From a bacterium (GTDB lineage: Bacteria > DUMJ01), in NCBI GenBank assembly GCA_049970495.1, contig JBMFMV010000003.1, positions 8,754-72,753 of the forward strand: DNA of 64,000 bases, written 5' to 3'. The number at the start of each line of letters is the position of its first letter. Position 1 is the first letter of the stretch. Below the pieces are notes generated by a model. The model saw only the letters and a program-made list of their open reading frames with translations. It had not been told where the DNA came from and ran no database searches. Made by a program: the position numbers and the translations under genes. Shown here in pieces: positions 9,766-20,762 of this stretch.

Positions 9766-10239
9766 ATGCTGAGACAGAAGCCTAGTATAGAAAGTCTTGC
9801 AAAGATGTTTATTAATCAATTACTTGGTCCATATAAACTTAAGTATGATCTCTCTGTAGAACTAAAGGATAATATATACTGGGTAAATCTAAAAGGAGAT
9901 GATGTATCCTTTCTTATAGGAAGGAAAGGGGTAATTTTATACTCTCTTCAGCATTTACTAAGACTCTACATTAGAAGAAGTATAGATGAAGAGGTAATGG
10001 TAACACTAGATATAAATGGATACAGAGCAGAGAAGGAGAGAAAACTTGTATTTTTAGCCAGAAAGGCTGCTTTTAGAGTCAAAAAGACAGGCAAGAGATT
10101 TGTTTTTAGACCTATGCCTGCAGCATTAAGAAGAATTATCCATAAGACATTAGAGAATAATCCAGAAGTTATTACTTACAGTGAGGGAAAAGAGCCGAAG
10201 AGGAGGGTTATAGTGGTGTTAAAGCCCAAAAATGGATGA
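9766..10239 (+). CDS. jag: Jag/SpoIIIJ-associated RNA-binding protein (KH + R3H)
   Basis: Sits after yidC. C-terminal R3H-like IIHKTLEN. Confidence 0.7.
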   Translation: MLRQKPSIESLAKMFINQLLGPYKLKYDLSVELKDNIYWVNLKGDDVSFLIGRKGVILYSLQHLLRLYIRRSIDEEVMVTLDINGYRAEKERKLVFLARKAAFRVKKTGKRFVFRPMPAALRRIIHKTLENNPEVITYSEGKEPKRRVIVVLKPKNG

Positions 10240-11587
10240 TACTATTGTAGCCCTTTCTACTCCTTACGGTGAGTCTGGTATAGGAGTAATAAGGTTAAGC
10301 GGGCCTGCGGCTATAGATATTGCCCAAAAGATTTTTAAAACTAGGAAGAGATTAGAAAATATACCGTCGCATAGAGCTGTTTTAGGACATATTATTAATC
10401 CAAAGACAAATGAGAAGTTAGATGAGTGTCTTTTACTTATTATGAGGGCTCCTCACAGCTATACAGGCGAGGATACAGTTGAATTTTATGTACATGGCAG
10501 TCCTGTCTTGGAGGAGCTAGTAATTAAGCTCTTGATAGAATTAGGAGCAAGACTAGCATCGCCTGGAGAATTTACTAAGAGGGCTTTTCTTAACGGAAAG
10601 TTGGATCTATCTAGGGCAGAGGCAATTATAGATATTATACAGGCTAAAAGTGAAATTGGTCTTAAGTCTTCTTACATACAGCTTCAAGGGAAATTGAGTA
10701 GTGAGATTAAACCGATTATGGAGGTGTTAAAGGGCCTTATAGCTGAGTTAGAAGCAGGAATAGACTTCCCAGAAGAGGTAGAATTCTCTTATGAGTCTAT
10801 AGAGGAAAGAATATCAAATATAATAGAAAGGCTTAGTACTCTTTTAGGTGGTGCATATTTTACTAGACTTTATAGGAAGGGCCTTTATTGTCCGATAGTT
10901 GGAAGGCCAAATGTAGGAAAATCTAGTCTCTTGAATATCTTATTAGGAGAGGAGAGGGCTATAGTAACCCCTATACCTGGGACTACAAGAGATACAATAA
11001 TAGAATCTTTGTCTATAGATGGGATTCCCATTACTCTGGTCGATACTGCCGGTATTAGGGATACTCAAGATCTAGTAGAGAGTATTGGGGTTAATAGAAC
11101 CCTATCTTCGATAGAAAATGCGGATATAGTTCTCTGGGTTGTAGATGTAAGCGAACCATTAAGAGAGGAAGATTTAGAGATAGAGGAGATTACAAGAGGG
11201 AAAAAGAGAATTATCGTCTTAAATAAGATAGATCTAGATAGTAGAGTAATTTATACTGATAATGTAAAGGATTATGGTCCATTTGTAGAGGTCTCTTGTA
11301 AGACAGGAGAAGGAATTGATAAGCTGAGGTTAAAATTAAAGGAGTTTTTGGGAAACATCCCATCCCCAGAGATTGTGGTTCCTATAAATGCTAGGCATGA
11401 AGCACTTATAAAGAGATGTATAAATAGACTTACAAATGCTCTAGAGGGTATTAAGTCTAAGTTTCCTATAGATGTTATAGCAGGAGAGATTTGGGAGAGT
11501 TATAATATATTAGGAGAAATTACAGGTGAGACTGCTAGTATTGATATAGTTGAAGAAATCTTTTCTAGATTCTGTGTAGGAAAATGA
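10232..11587 (+). CDS. mnmE: tRNA modification GTPase MnmE
   Basis: G1 [12 protein letters not shown] and G3 DTAGIR motifs. C-terminal CVGK motif. Confidence 0.9.
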   Translation: MDDTIVALSTPYGESGIGVIRLSGPAAIDIAQKIFKTRKRLENIPSHRAVLGHIINPKTNEKLDECLLLIMRAPHSYTGEDTVEFYVHGSPVLEELVIKLLIELGARLASPGEFTKRAFLNGKLDLSRAEAIIDIIQAKSEIGLKSSYIQLQGKLSSEIKPIMEVLKGLIAELEAGIDFPEEVEFSYESIEERISNIIERLSTLLGGAYFTRLYRKGLYCPIVGRPNVGKSSLLNILLGEERAIVTPIPGTTRDTIIESLSIDGIPITLVDTAGIRDTQDLVESIGVNRTLSSIENADIVLWVVDVSEPLREEDLEIEEITRGKKRIIVLNKIDLDSRVIYTDNVKDYGPFVEVSCKTGEGIDKLRLKLKEFLGNIPSPEIVVPINARHEALIKRCINRLTNALEGIKSKFPIDVIAGEIWESYNILGEITGETASIDIVEEIFSRFCVGK

Positions 11588-13419
11588 AGGTATTTGATGT
11601 TATTGTTGTAGGAGCAGGACATGCTGGGATAGAGGCGGCCCTATCTGCTAATAGATTGGGCTGTAGTGTTCTGCTTTTGACAGGAAATTTAGATACCATA
11701 GCTTGGATGCCTTGTAACCCTGCTGTAGGGGGACCAGGAAAGGGACATCTAGTCAGAGAAGTAGATGCCCTTGGTGGAGAGATAGGCCGGGCTACTGATG
11801 CTACTTATATACATATAAGAGTTCTTAACTCTGGAAAGGGTATAGCGGTAAGGGCTTATAGGGCTCAAGTAGAGAAGAAGTTTTATCATATCTATATGAA
11901 AGAGAAGCTTGAGAATACACTAAATCTTATCTTGAGACAGGCTCAAGTAACAGATATTTTAGTAGAAGGTAAGAGGGTGATAGGGGTAAGAACAAAGACT
12001 AATCAAGAATTCTATGGTCAAGCAGTTGTTATAACTACCGGAACCTTTCTTGGTGGAAGAGTCTTTATTGGCACAGAGGTGTCTTACCCTGCAGGAAGGG
12101 CTGGAGAACCACCTAGCGAAGAGCTTACTCAATCTCTCAGAAATCTTGGTTTTAGAATAGGTAGATTTAAGACTGGAACTCCACCTAGAGTCGATGGAAG
12201 GACAGTGGATTTTTCTAAAATGACTGAGCAGCCACCAAGTGAGGTCCCCTTAAGATTTTCCTATCGAACCGAACTGGCGGAAATTATTGGTAGGAAGCAA
12301 CTCTCTTGCTGGCTCACCTTTACAACTGAGAAGACTAGGGAGATAGTACTAAAGAATCTCCATAGAGCACCTATGTATGCAGGGCAGATAACTGGAACGG
12401 GAACTAGATATTGTCCGTCCTTTGAGACCAAAGTTGTCCATTTTCCACATAGGGAGAGACATCAGGTTTTTATAGAACCTGAAGGCATTCATACCAATGA
12501 GATGTATGTACAAGGTATGTATACTAGTCTTCCTGAAGAGGTTCAAATAGAACTTCTTAGGTCTATCCCTGGGTTAGAAGAGGTCGAGCTGATGAGACCT
12601 GGCTATGCTATAGAGTATGATATGGTCTATCCAGATCAATTGAAGGAAACTCTTGAGACGAAAAAGATTTCTGGGCTCTTTCTTGCTGGGCAGATAAATG
12701 GTACCTCTGGGTATGAAGAGGCAGCAGCTCAAGGACTTATAGCGGGTATAAATGCAGCATTTTATGTTCAAAAAAGAGCTCCATTCTATCTTCAAAGAAG
12801 TGAGGCTTATATTGGAGTTCTTATAGATGATCTAATAACTAAAGGGATTGTAGAACCATACAGGATACTCACCTCAAGGGCAGAGTATCGTCTTGTTCTT
12901 ATGCAGGATAACGCAGATGAAAGACTTATGGAAAAGGGATTTAAGATTGGTCTAATAGATGAGAAGACTTATAAAGAGATGTTAGAGAGAAAGAAACTCG
13001 TAGAAGAAGAGATAAAGAGGTTAAGAAAGACAATTATCCCAGAGCTAAAGGCCTCAGCTTATAATTATTTAAAGAGGCCTGAAGTATCTTATTTGGATGT
13101 TATGAAGAAGTTAGGTGAAGAGCCCTTACTCTCTTCTGAGCTTATAACTAGGCTAGAAGCTAAAGTAAAATATGAGGGGTATATAAAGAGAGAAGAGGAG
13201 AGGATTAAGAGGTTTAGTCAGTTAGATGACAAGGTTCTTCCTGAAGATATAGATTATAGTAGTATTAAGGGGCTCTCACTTGAAGCGCGCGACAGGTTAA
13301 ATCAAGTTAGACCTAGGACATTGGGCCAGGCTAGTAGATTGCAAGGGGTCAGTCCAGCAGATATAGATGTCTTACTCGTATACCTGGAACTTTATAAGAG
13401 AGAAGCATCCAAAACTTGA
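11584..13419 (+). CDS. mnmG: tRNA uridine 5-carboxymethylaminomethyl modification enzyme MnmG (GidA)
   Basis: FAD-binding [14 protein letters not shown]. 611 aa. Confidence 0.9.
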   Translation: MKVFDVIVVGAGHAGIEAALSANRLGCSVLLLTGNLDTIAWMPCNPAVGGPGKGHLVREVDALGGEIGRATDATYIHIRVLNSGKGIAVRAYRAQVEKKFYHIYMKEKLENTLNLILRQAQVTDILVEGKRVIGVRTKTNQEFYGQAVVITTGTFLGGRVFIGTEVSYPAGRAGEPPSEELTQSLRNLGFRIGRFKTGTPPRVDGRTVDFSKMTEQPPSEVPLRFSYRTELAEIIGRKQLSCWLTFTTEKTREIVLKNLHRAPMYAGQITGTGTRYCPSFETKVVHFPHRERHQVFIEPEGIHTNEMYVQGMYTSLPEEVQIELLRSIPGLEEVELMRPGYAIEYDMVYPDQLKETLETKKISGLFLAGQINGTSGYEEAAAQGLIAGINAAFYVQKRAPFYLQRSEAYIGVLIDDLITKGIVEPYRILTSRAEYRLVLMQDNADERLMEKGFKIGLIDEKTYKEMLERKKLVEEEIKRLRKTIIPELKASAYNYLKRPEVSYLDVMKKLGEEPLLSSELITRLEAKVKYEGYIKREEERIKRFSQLDDKVLPEDIDYSSIKGLSLEARDRLNQVRPRTLGQASRLQGVSPADIDVLLVYLELYKREASKT

Positions 13420-13420
13420 G

Positions 13421-13921
13421 ATGTATCTTGAAGAACTTTTAAACGCACGAAAGAGTTTTAGCCTCTCTGGTGCAAGAGAAAGAGAAGATTTTATAAAGCT
13501 TATAGAGGAATCTTTGGCTCCGCTTTTGATTATAAATGATTGGAAAGGTAAGAGGATTATAGATATAGGTTCTGGAGCAGGATTTCCTGGTATACCCTTA
13601 GCTATAGTCCAAGAAGATGCTAATTTTTTATTAGTTGATATTTCTGTTAAAAGAACTGCTTTTCTCAATCTAGTTAGATCTAAACTTCAGCTTAGTAATG
13701 TAGAAGTATTATGTATGGATGCTAATAAATTAAAAGATGTTCAGAGGTTTATTGGAGCTTTCGATATAGCTCTCTCGAGAGGGGTAGGGGAAATCGACTA
13801 CCTTAGGTCTATTATTTTCCCTTTACTAAAAACCGGTGGGACGATGATATTATTTAAGTCAAAGGGAGAAGGATACAGGGTTAAACCTGGTCTAGTCTTA
13901 CTAAAAGAGGAGAAATCATGA
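13421..13921 (+). CDS. rsmG: 16S rRNA (guanine527-N7)-methyltransferase RsmG (GidB)
   Basis: SAM motif DIGSGAGFPGIPLAI. Start moved to ATG (MYLEEL...) right after the mnmG stop; the ORF-track start at 13367 overlaps mnmG. Confidence 0.8.
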   Translation: MYLEELLNARKSFSLSGAREREDFIKLIEESLAPLLIINDWKGKRIIDIGSGAGFPGIPLAIVQEDANFLLVDISVKRTAFLNLVRSKLQLSNVEVLCMDANKLKDVQRFIGAFDIALSRGVGEIDYLRSIIFPLLKTGGTMILFKSKGEGYRVKPGLVLLKEEKS

Positions 13922-14289
13922 ATGAGATAATTCTATTTACTATTGGTGCATTAATAGTAGTAAACATAGCACTTATTATAGTGGTTATCATTTTAAGAGC
14001 TAATATAAAAAGGGTTGAGGAGAAACAAAAGGGAGAATTAATCTTATCTTCTCTCTCTATTGGTGGAGCTAGATATGATGCTTTTCCTGGTATGTCTGGT
14101 AAGCTTAGCTTTTCTTTGGCCTTTATGGCTGGAGATAAGGGGATTATACTTACATCTATACATACCAGAGAACAATCTTATCTGTATCTTAAACCCTACT
14201 CGAAGGACAAAAACAATAACCTTACGGAAGAAGAGAAGAAAGCGGTAGAAATTGCGTTAAAAGAAGGTTATTCTATAAAAGACATATAG
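13918..14289 (+). CDS. Hypothetical small membrane protein (single N-terminal TM helix)
   Basis: N-terminal IILFTIGALIVVNIALIIVVIIL is hydrophobic. No recognisable domain. Confidence 0.4.
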   Translation: MNEIILFTIGALIVVNIALIIVVIILRANIKRVEEKQKGELILSSLSIGGARYDAFPGMSGKLSFSLAFMAGDKGIILTSIHTREQSYLYLKPYSKDKNNNLTEEEKKAVEIALKEGYSIKDI

Positions 14290-14299
14290 GGAGGCTAGA

Positions 14300-15130
14300 A
14301 TGGATACTGACAGGTGGGAATATACAAAGATATTTATTACCGCGCTAATTGCGGTAATAGTAGTTCTCTCTTGTTATCTATACAAGAGTAAATTTTATAT
14401 AGTTAAACTTGAAAATGAGCTCTCTTTAGCTCATGTTAAGATTCAAGACCTAAGAAAACTCGAAGATATAAATAATAGACAAAGGGCTGAGATTGCTAGG
14501 TTAAATAGTGAGGCTGAAAAGCTTAGGAGTAAAGTAGAAGATTTAGAGACCCTGAGTAAACAGGTCCAGGCTTTAACAGAAAAGACTTTAAAGATAGACC
14601 TCTCTTATAAGAAAAGTAGAAGGGTTTATTCTTCTAGAGGAGCAGATGTTACACTAGAGGAAATATATAAAAAATTTAATAGGCTGAGTAATAGTATAGA
14701 GGTCCAAAAAGATAATCTAAATCAGGTTAGATCTCAGTTGGAAATCTTGTATGAATGGAAGTTTTCTGTCCCCAGCGGTTATCCTGTCTTTGGCCCAATA
14801 TCCTCTGGTTTTGGATTTAGAGGAAGGGAGTTTCATACTGGTATAGATATACGTACAGGCATAGGAACTTTGGTAAAGGCTACGGCAAATGGAATTGTTT
14901 CCTATGCAGGATGGAGAAGTGGTTACGGGCTTACAGTAGCTGTGAGACATAACTTTGGATTTAGCACTATTTATGCTCACTTGTCTAAAATATTAGTGAA
15001 TGTAGGGAAAAGGATTGAGAGGGGGGATATTATAGGCTATACTGGTATGACTGGATATACTACTGGTCCACACTTACACTATGAAGTAAGAATAAATGAT
15101 AAGCCTGTAGATCCGAGAGATTATTTATAA
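14300..15130 (+). CDS. M23 family metallopeptidase with N-terminal TM and coiled-coil (EnvC-like)
   Basis: LytM motifs HTGIDI and GPHLHYE. Central region is heptad-rich. Confidence 0.8.
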   Translation: MDTDRWEYTKIFITALIAVIVVLSCYLYKSKFYIVKLENELSLAHVKIQDLRKLEDINNRQRAEIARLNSEAEKLRSKVEDLETLSKQVQALTEKTLKIDLSYKKSRRVYSSRGADVTLEEIYKKFNRLSNSIEVQKDNLNQVRSQLEILYEWKFSVPSGYPVFGPISSGFGFRGREFHTGIDIRTGIGTLVKATANGIVSYAGWRSGYGLTVAVRHNFGFSTIYAHLSKILVNVGKRIERGDIIGYTGMTGYTTGPHLHYEVRINDKPVDPRDYL

Positions 15131-15141
15131 GGAGGGATAAG

Positions 15142-16194
15142 ATGACTAGTAGGGAAAGGGTAAGGATGGCTTTGGAGCATAAAGAACCTGATAGAGTTCC
15201 TATCCATGATAGTATTTGGGGTGCTACTGTAAGTAGGTGGCATAAGGAGGGATTACCAGAGGAGATCCCTGTCTCGGAATATTTTGATTTTGAGATAGTT
15301 GGTTTTGGTGCTGACCTTTCCCCTAGGTTTCCGGTAAAGGTCTTGGAAAGAAATGAGACTTATATAGTTGAAACTACCCCTTATGGAGGGATAAGAAAAA
15401 ACTTTAGGGATTATTCCACCACACCTGAGATAATAGACTGGCCTATAAAATCTAAAGAGGATTGGTATAAGATAAAGGATAGATTACAGCCAGATATAAC
15501 TAGGGTAGATTGGGTCTCATCTCTGAATGCCTATAATAGAGCCTATGAGGATGGGAAGTTCATCACCTACAGTGCAGCTATGGGGTATGATCAATTCCAG
15601 TCTTATATAAAGACTGAAGAATTACTTATTCTTCTTATAGAAGATCCCGAATGGGCTATAGATATGTTTAGGACACATGCTATATTACTTATTGAGATGG
15701 CAAAGATTATGATGGAGCATGGATTTAAGTTCGATGGAGCTTTTCTGTACAATGATATGGGTTATAGGAATGGGCCTCTATTTTCTCCTAAGACATATCA
15801 AAAGGTCCTACAAGAGACTGATGCTATGATCTGTGAGTTTTTCCATAGGCATAATATGCCTGTTATACTCCATTCCTGTGGTAATGTGAAGGAATTAATC
15901 CCATATCTAATAGAAGCGGGATTTGATTGTCTCCAGCCATTAGAGGTAAAAGCAGGAATGGACTTACTAGAGCTTAAACCGAAATATGGAGATAAGATTG
16001 CCTTTATGGGGGGGATAGATGTAAGGAAGATGACAGACCCAGTTGCTATAGAGGAAGAAATAAGTAAGAAGTTTGAAGTTGCCAAAAAAGGTGGAGGCTA
16101 TATATATCATAGCGATCACTCTATTCCTAAGAATATAAGTTTTGAAGACTATAGGCGTGTAATAGAGCTAGTTAAGAAATATGGTAAATACTAA
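15142..16194 (+). CDS. Uroporphyrinogen decarboxylase (URO-D) family protein, MtaA/CmuA-like methyltransferase
   Basis: 350-aa URO-D-fold protein with no other tetrapyrrole genes nearby, a typical context for corrinoid methyltransferases. Confidence 0.55.
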   Translation: MTSRERVRMALEHKEPDRVPIHDSIWGATVSRWHKEGLPEEIPVSEYFDFEIVGFGADLSPRFPVKVLERNETYIVETTPYGGIRKNFRDYSTTPEIIDWPIKSKEDWYKIKDRLQPDITRVDWVSSLNAYNRAYEDGKFITYSAAMGYDQFQSYIKTEELLILLIEDPEWAIDMFRTHAILLIEMAKIMMEHGFKFDGAFLYNDMGYRNGPLFSPKTYQKVLQETDAMICEFFHRHNMPVILHSCGNVKELIPYLIEAGFDCLQPLEVKAGMDLLELKPKYGDKIAFMGGIDVRKMTDPVAIEEEISKKFEVAKKGGGYIYHSDHSIPKNISFEDYRRVIELVKKYGKY

Positions 16195-17834
16195 ATAATC
16201 CCTATAATTTCTCCATCGTCATTTACATCAATCTTAACAGCTGATGGAGATTTTGGTAAGCCAGGCATCGTCAATATAGAACCTGTGTAGGCCACTATAA
16301 AGCCAGCCCCTAGAGATACTTTTAACCTTTGGACATTTATATAGAACCCCTTAGGTCTCCCTAGTTTTTTAGGATCGTCACTTAATGAGTATTGTGTCTT
16401 AGCCATACATATGGGAAGGTTTGTAAATCCCCATTTGTATATCTTATTAAGATCATTCTGTGCCTCGTTACTGAAATTTACACCTTCTGCGCCGTAAACT
16501 AGTTTAGCTATCTTTTCTATCTTTTCTTCATATGAGTCTTCTAACTTATACAAGAAATTAAAAGAATTAGAGTCATTAGCAACTGAATCTAATACTTCAT
16601 TAGCCAGTTCTAAGGCTCCCTCTCCCCCAACTTCGTAGACATTAGAAACAGCAAACCTTACATCTATCTCTTTTAACTTACTTTTTAGAAATTCCAATTC
16701 TTTGTCAGTATCTGATGAGAATCTATTTATTGCCACAACTACCGGAACCTTAAAGACATTTCTTAATACCTCCATATGGTGAAATAGATTAGGCAGCCCC
16801 CTTTCTATTGCTTCTGTGTTTTCATTTTCTGCCCCTTTTTGACTTCCCAATCCATGATACTTTAAGGACCTTATAGAAGTTACTAGTACTACCGAATCTG
16901 GATGAAAATTTCCTACCCTACACTTTATATCGAAAAATTTTTCTCCACCTAGATCTACCCCAAAACCTGCTTCAGTTACTATATAATCTGCAAGAAGGGT
17001 AGCAAGAGTAGTTGCTATTATAGAGTTGCAGCCATGAGCAATATTTCCAAAAGGTCCACAATGTATAAATGCAGGAGTTCCTTCCAATGTTTGAACCAAA
17101 TTGGGAGAGAGTGCGTTTTTCAATAAAGCAGTCATTGCTCCTTCTACCTTTAAGTCTTTACTTAAGACAGGTTTATCCTCCTTATTTACCCCAATTACTA
17201 TATTACCTAGCCTTTCTTTTAAGTCCCTTATATTTTTTGCCATAGATAATATCGCCATAATTTCAGAAGCCGCTGTTATCTCAAAACCATCCTCTCTAGG
17301 TATTCCATTACTTTTTCCTCCAAGCCCGCTTACTATAAATCTTAATTGCCTGTCATTCATATCTACACATCTTTTCCAATATATCTGTAAGGGGTCTATA
17401 TCTAGCTCGTTTCCATGATAGATATGGTTGTCTATCACGGCTGATAGAAGATTATGAGCAGAAGATACTGCATGTATGTCTCCAGTAAAGTGTAAGTTTA
17501 TGTCTAAATCTGGAAAGACCTTAGCCCTTCCTCCTCCAACAGCCCCTCCTTTAACTCCAAATATGGGACCTAGGGATGGTTCTCTTAGACAGATTATAGT
17601 CTTCTTACCTAGCCTTGATAGTGCGTCTCCTAGACCTATAGTCGTAGTAGTTTTCCCTTCACCTTTGGGTGTAGGATTAATAGATGTCACAAGTATAAGT
17701 TTTCCCCTTTTTCTATCTTCTAGTTTATGGATAAGTTTCCAGTCAACTTTGCAGATATACCATCCATAGGGATAGTATTCATCCCTTTTTATCCCTAAAG
17801 ACTCCGTTAACTCCTCAATCCTTTTTATAGACAT
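16191..17834 (-). CDS. fhs: Formate--tetrahydrofolate ligase
   Basis: FTHFS signature PTPKGEGKTTTTIGL. 547 aa. Confidence 0.9.
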   Translation of the reverse strand: MSIKRIEELTESLGIKRDEYYPYGWYICKVDWKLIHKLEDRKRGKLILVTSINPTPKGEGKTTTTIGLGDALSRLGKKTIICLREPSLGPIFGVKGGAVGGGRAKVFPDLDINLHFTGDIHAVSSAHNLLSAVIDNHIYHGNELDIDPLQIYWKRCVDMNDRQLRFIVSGLGGKSNGIPREDGFEITAASEIMAILSMAKNIRDLKERLGNIVIGVNKEDKPVLSKDLKVEGAMTALLKNALSPNLVQTLEGTPAFIHCGPFGNIAHGCNSIIATTLATLLADYIVTEAGFGVDLGGEKFFDIKCRVGNFHPDSVVLVTSIRSLKYHGLGSQKGAENENTEAIERGLPNLFHHMEVLRNVFKVPVVVAINRFSSDTDKELEFLKSKLKEIDVRFAVSNVYEVGGEGALELANEVLDSVANDSNSFNFLYKLEDSYEEKIEKIAKLVYGAEGVNFSNEAQNDLNKIYKWGFTNLPICMAKTQYSLSDDPKKLGRPKGFYINVQRLKVSLGAGFIVAYTGSILTMPGLPKSPSAVKIDVNDDGEIIGII

Positions 17835-17981
17835 TTGTTGTCAAGTCCCTCCTATGGTATACGTATTTCATGTAAGTATTTGAATTATAATATCATATTG
17901 AGGTCCACCATGGAATAAAGTGCTACTATCTTACGTCTACTTTTTTGAGAAAAGTAATAAAAGAGAAGGAGGTGATTTAGT

Positions 17982-18482
17982 ATGAAAAGGGTTTTAGCCT
18001 TAGTCTTGAGCCTAGCTTTACTATTAGGGACAGTACAGGTTGCCTTTACTAAGCCTCTACCCTCTAGAAGGATACCTATTATAGCAGGTCCATTTAGGTG
18101 TGATATTGTGGAGATTTCACCATGGGGGCAGAATTTAATAAAGTATTTAAACCTTACCGATGAGCAGATAAATAAGATCAAAGAGTTGAGAGATAGGTAC
18201 TATGGGAAGCTAAAAGACCTATGGAATAAACTACAGGACGCGGTATTTTCACTTAGGCAACTACAATTCCAAAGGCAACCTGATAAGACTCAGATAGAGG
18301 AGAAGAGGAAAGAGATAAGTAATATTAGAAAAGAGATTAATAATACACTTAAAGATTACTGGAATGAGTTTAAAGGGATACTTACCAAGGAGCAATTGTC
18401 TAAGCTAACAGAAAGAAAATTTACACCTCCATTTAGAATTAAAAGGACTCCTTGGAGATGTAGTCCTTTTTTTAGATGGTAA
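17982..18482 (+). CDS. Periplasmic Spy/CpxP-family protein (LTXXQ motif)
   Basis: Signal peptide MKRVLALVLSLALLLGTVQVAFT. Two LTXXQ motifs (LTDEQ, LTKEQ). Confidence 0.6.
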   Translation: MKRVLALVLSLALLLGTVQVAFTKPLPSRRIPIIAGPFRCDIVEISPWGQNLIKYLNLTDEQINKIKELRDRYYGKLKDLWNKLQDAVFSLRQLQFQRQPDKTQIEEKRKEISNIRKEINNTLKDYWNEFKGILTKEQLSKLTERKFTPPFRIKRTPWRCSPFFRW

Positions 18483-18489
18483 AAAGGAC

Positions 18490-18519
18490 TTAGGGTCTTA
18501 GGGGATAACCTAAGACCCT
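18490..18519 (-). terminator. Strong hairpin terminator between the convergent CpxP-like gene and hypF (T-run on the minus-strand side)
   Basis: tagggtcttagg / cctaagacccta forms a 12-bp stem with loop ggataa. Minus-strand read continues into TCCTTTTTAC. Confidence 0.6.
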
Positions 18520-20762
18520 ACCCTTCCTCCAATTATTGCCTGCCCTAGAGATAGTCCTCCGTCATTGCAGGGAACCTGATGGTGAGTGTAGATTTTAAAT
18601 TTTTTCTCTCTTAGGTAATTGATAGTTTTTCTTAAGAGTCTTCTATTCTGAAAACATCCTCCACTTAAGACTACAGTGTCTATTTTGGTCTCTTCTCTTA
18701 TTGCTAGAGCTATATCTAACACTATTTTAGATATAGTATTGTGGAATTTAGCAGAGATAAGACTCATAGGAACCATATCTATGTCATTTATAATCTCTTC
18801 AAGCAAGTTCTTGAGTTTTATAATATAGGTGTTATTCTCCTCTTTTACCTCAAAACTATAGTGATCATCAACTTCTATATCTTTACTTACCATTTCTAAC
18901 TCTATAGCGGGTTGACCTTCGTAGCTTGTTTCTTTACAAATATTTAATAGACTAGAAATTACATCAAACAACCGCCCCATAGAAGATGTAAGTGGAGTAT
19001 TTATCCCTTTATCTATCTGCTCCTTTATGGCTCTTATCTCTGTCTCTGATATACCTTTTAAAAAGGGTAGATTGGGAATATCTCCAAATAGCTTAAAGAG
19101 ATAACCTATGGCAAGCCTATAAGGTCTCCTTATTGCTAATTCACCTCCAGGTAATGGGAGATATTCTAAATGTGCCTTTCTAATAAAACCATCATAATCT
19201 ACTACTAAGATTTCCCCTCCCCATACATTACCATCTAGACCATATCCAGAGCCATCAAAGGCTATCCCTATAACGGGCTTGGTAACATTATTCTCACCCA
19301 TGCAACTTACAATATGAGCATGGTGGTGTTGAACTCTTATTAGTGGTATGGTTCCTTCAAACTGTAGGGCATATTTAGTCGATAGATATTCAGGATGCAT
19401 ATCACAGACTACTATCTCAGGTTCTATTCTAAAAAGTCTTTTATATAAATCTATTGTACTTGTAAAATGTTCTAGGGTTTCTATGTTCTCTAGATCGCCA
19501 ATATGTTGGCTGATAAACGCATAATTATCCTTGGTAAGGCAGAAGGTATTCTTTAATTCTCCTCCGCATGCCAAAACCTGTTTCATCTTAAATGGAATTT
19601 TTACTGGTGATGGCGCATAACCCCTTGCCCTTCTTATCAAATACGGTTTTTCTTCAAAGACAGAGGCTACACTATCATCATAGCGTGAGTATATATCTCT
19701 GTCATTTAGAAGAAAGTAATCTGATATACCCTTTAGTCTATTTAAGGCTTCTTCATTATCCTGACATATAGGTTCTTCACTTAGATTTCCACTTGTCATT
19801 ACAAGTGGTCTATCAATCTCTTTAAAGAGTATATGATGTAAAGGTGTATATGGAAGCATTATACCAAGATAATTATTATTGGGAGCGACATTTTTTGATA
19901 TGTTGCCAAGGTCCTTTATCCTAAGTAACACTATTGGGGCTTGAGGGGATTTTAGAAGTTCTTCTTCTTTTGGTGTGATATAGCAGTACTTTTTTATCGT
20001 ATCTAAATCTTTCATCATAAGAGCAAAAGGTTTATTCCCTCTTCTTTTCCTCTCTCTTAAAAGGCTTACTACCTTATCATTTGTAGCGTCACATGCTAAA
20101 TGAAACCCTCCAAGTCCCTTTATTGCTATAATGAAACCCTCTTTTAAAAGTCTGGCAGTTTCCTTTATAGGGTCTTCGGACTCTAGTCCTTCTATCCATA
20201 ACTTGGGGCCGCAGATAGGACAGGCATTAGGTTGCGCATGAAATCTTCTATCTAAAGGATCATTATACTCCCTTTCACAGTCTTTACACATCTTAAATTT
20301 TTCCATTGTGGTATTCTTTCTGTCGTAAGGGATGTCCTTTATAATAGTGAACCTTGGTCCACAGTTTGTGCAGTTTATAAATGGATATCTATAGCGTCTA
20401 TCTTTAGGGTCAAATAGTTCCTCAAGACAGTCTTGGCATACTGCTATATCTGATGAGATAAGCTGATACCCTATGTCTTCTTTACTCTCTTTAATAAAGA
20501 AGTCTTTATAGTTATTTAAGATTGAATCCTCTATCTCTATGTTCTCTATCCTAGCGATAGGTGGGGCTTTCTTCCTAATGTTAGATATAAATCTTTCTAC
20601 ATCACTATCTTCTCCCTCTATTTCTATCTCTACAGAGCTAGAGGTATTTAACACCCATCCCTTTAGGTTGTGTTCTTTTGCTAATCTATATATAAATGGT
20701 CTGAAACCTACCCCTTGGACAACTCCGAAGATCCGTATCCTTTTACTTATAAGAGTTTTCAC
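18510..20762 (-). CDS. hypF: [NiFe]-hydrogenase maturation carbamoyltransferase HypF
   Basis: Acylphosphatase domain (VQGVGFRPF), paired CxxC zinc fingers, YrdC and Kae1-like domains. 750 aa. Confidence 0.9.
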   Translation of the reverse strand: MKTLISKRIRIFGVVQGVGFRPFIYRLAKEHNLKGWVLNTSSSVEIEIEGEDSDVERFISNIRKKAPPIARIENIEIEDSILNNYKDFFIKESKEDIGYQLISSDIAVCQDCLEELFDPKDRRYRYPFINCTNCGPRFTIIKDIPYDRKNTTMEKFKMCKDCEREYNDPLDRRFHAQPNACPICGPKLWIEGLESEDPIKETARLLKEGFIIAIKGLGGFHLACDATNDKVVSLLRERKRRGNKPFALMMKDLDTIKKYCYITPKEEELLKSPQAPIVLLRIKDLGNISKNVAPNNNYLGIMLPYTPLHHILFKEIDRPLVMTSGNLSEEPICQDNEEALNRLKGISDYFLLNDRDIYSRYDDSVASVFEEKPYLIRRARGYAPSPVKIPFKMKQVLACGGELKNTFCLTKDNYAFISQHIGDLENIETLEHFTSTIDLYKRLFRIEPEIVVCDMHPEYLSTKYALQFEGTIPLIRVQHHHAHIVSCMGENNVTKPVIGIAFDGSGYGLDGNVWGGEILVVDYDGFIRKAHLEYLPLPGGELAIRRPYRLAIGYLFKLFGDIPNLPFLKGISETEIRAIKEQIDKGINTPLTSSMGRLFDVISSLLNICKETSYEGQPAIELEMVSKDIEVDDHYSFEVKEENNTYIIKLKNLLEEIINDIDMVPMSLISAKFHNTISKIVLDIALAIREETKIDTVVLSGGCFQNRRLLRKTINYLREKKFKIYTHHQVPCNDGGLSLGQAIIGGRVGS

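Noticed and set aside
16191-17834. Several plus-strand ORFs (17101-17418, 17476-17769) within fhs
   Set aside because: They are antisense shadow ORFs. fhs on the minus strand carries the diagnostic FTHFS P-loop.
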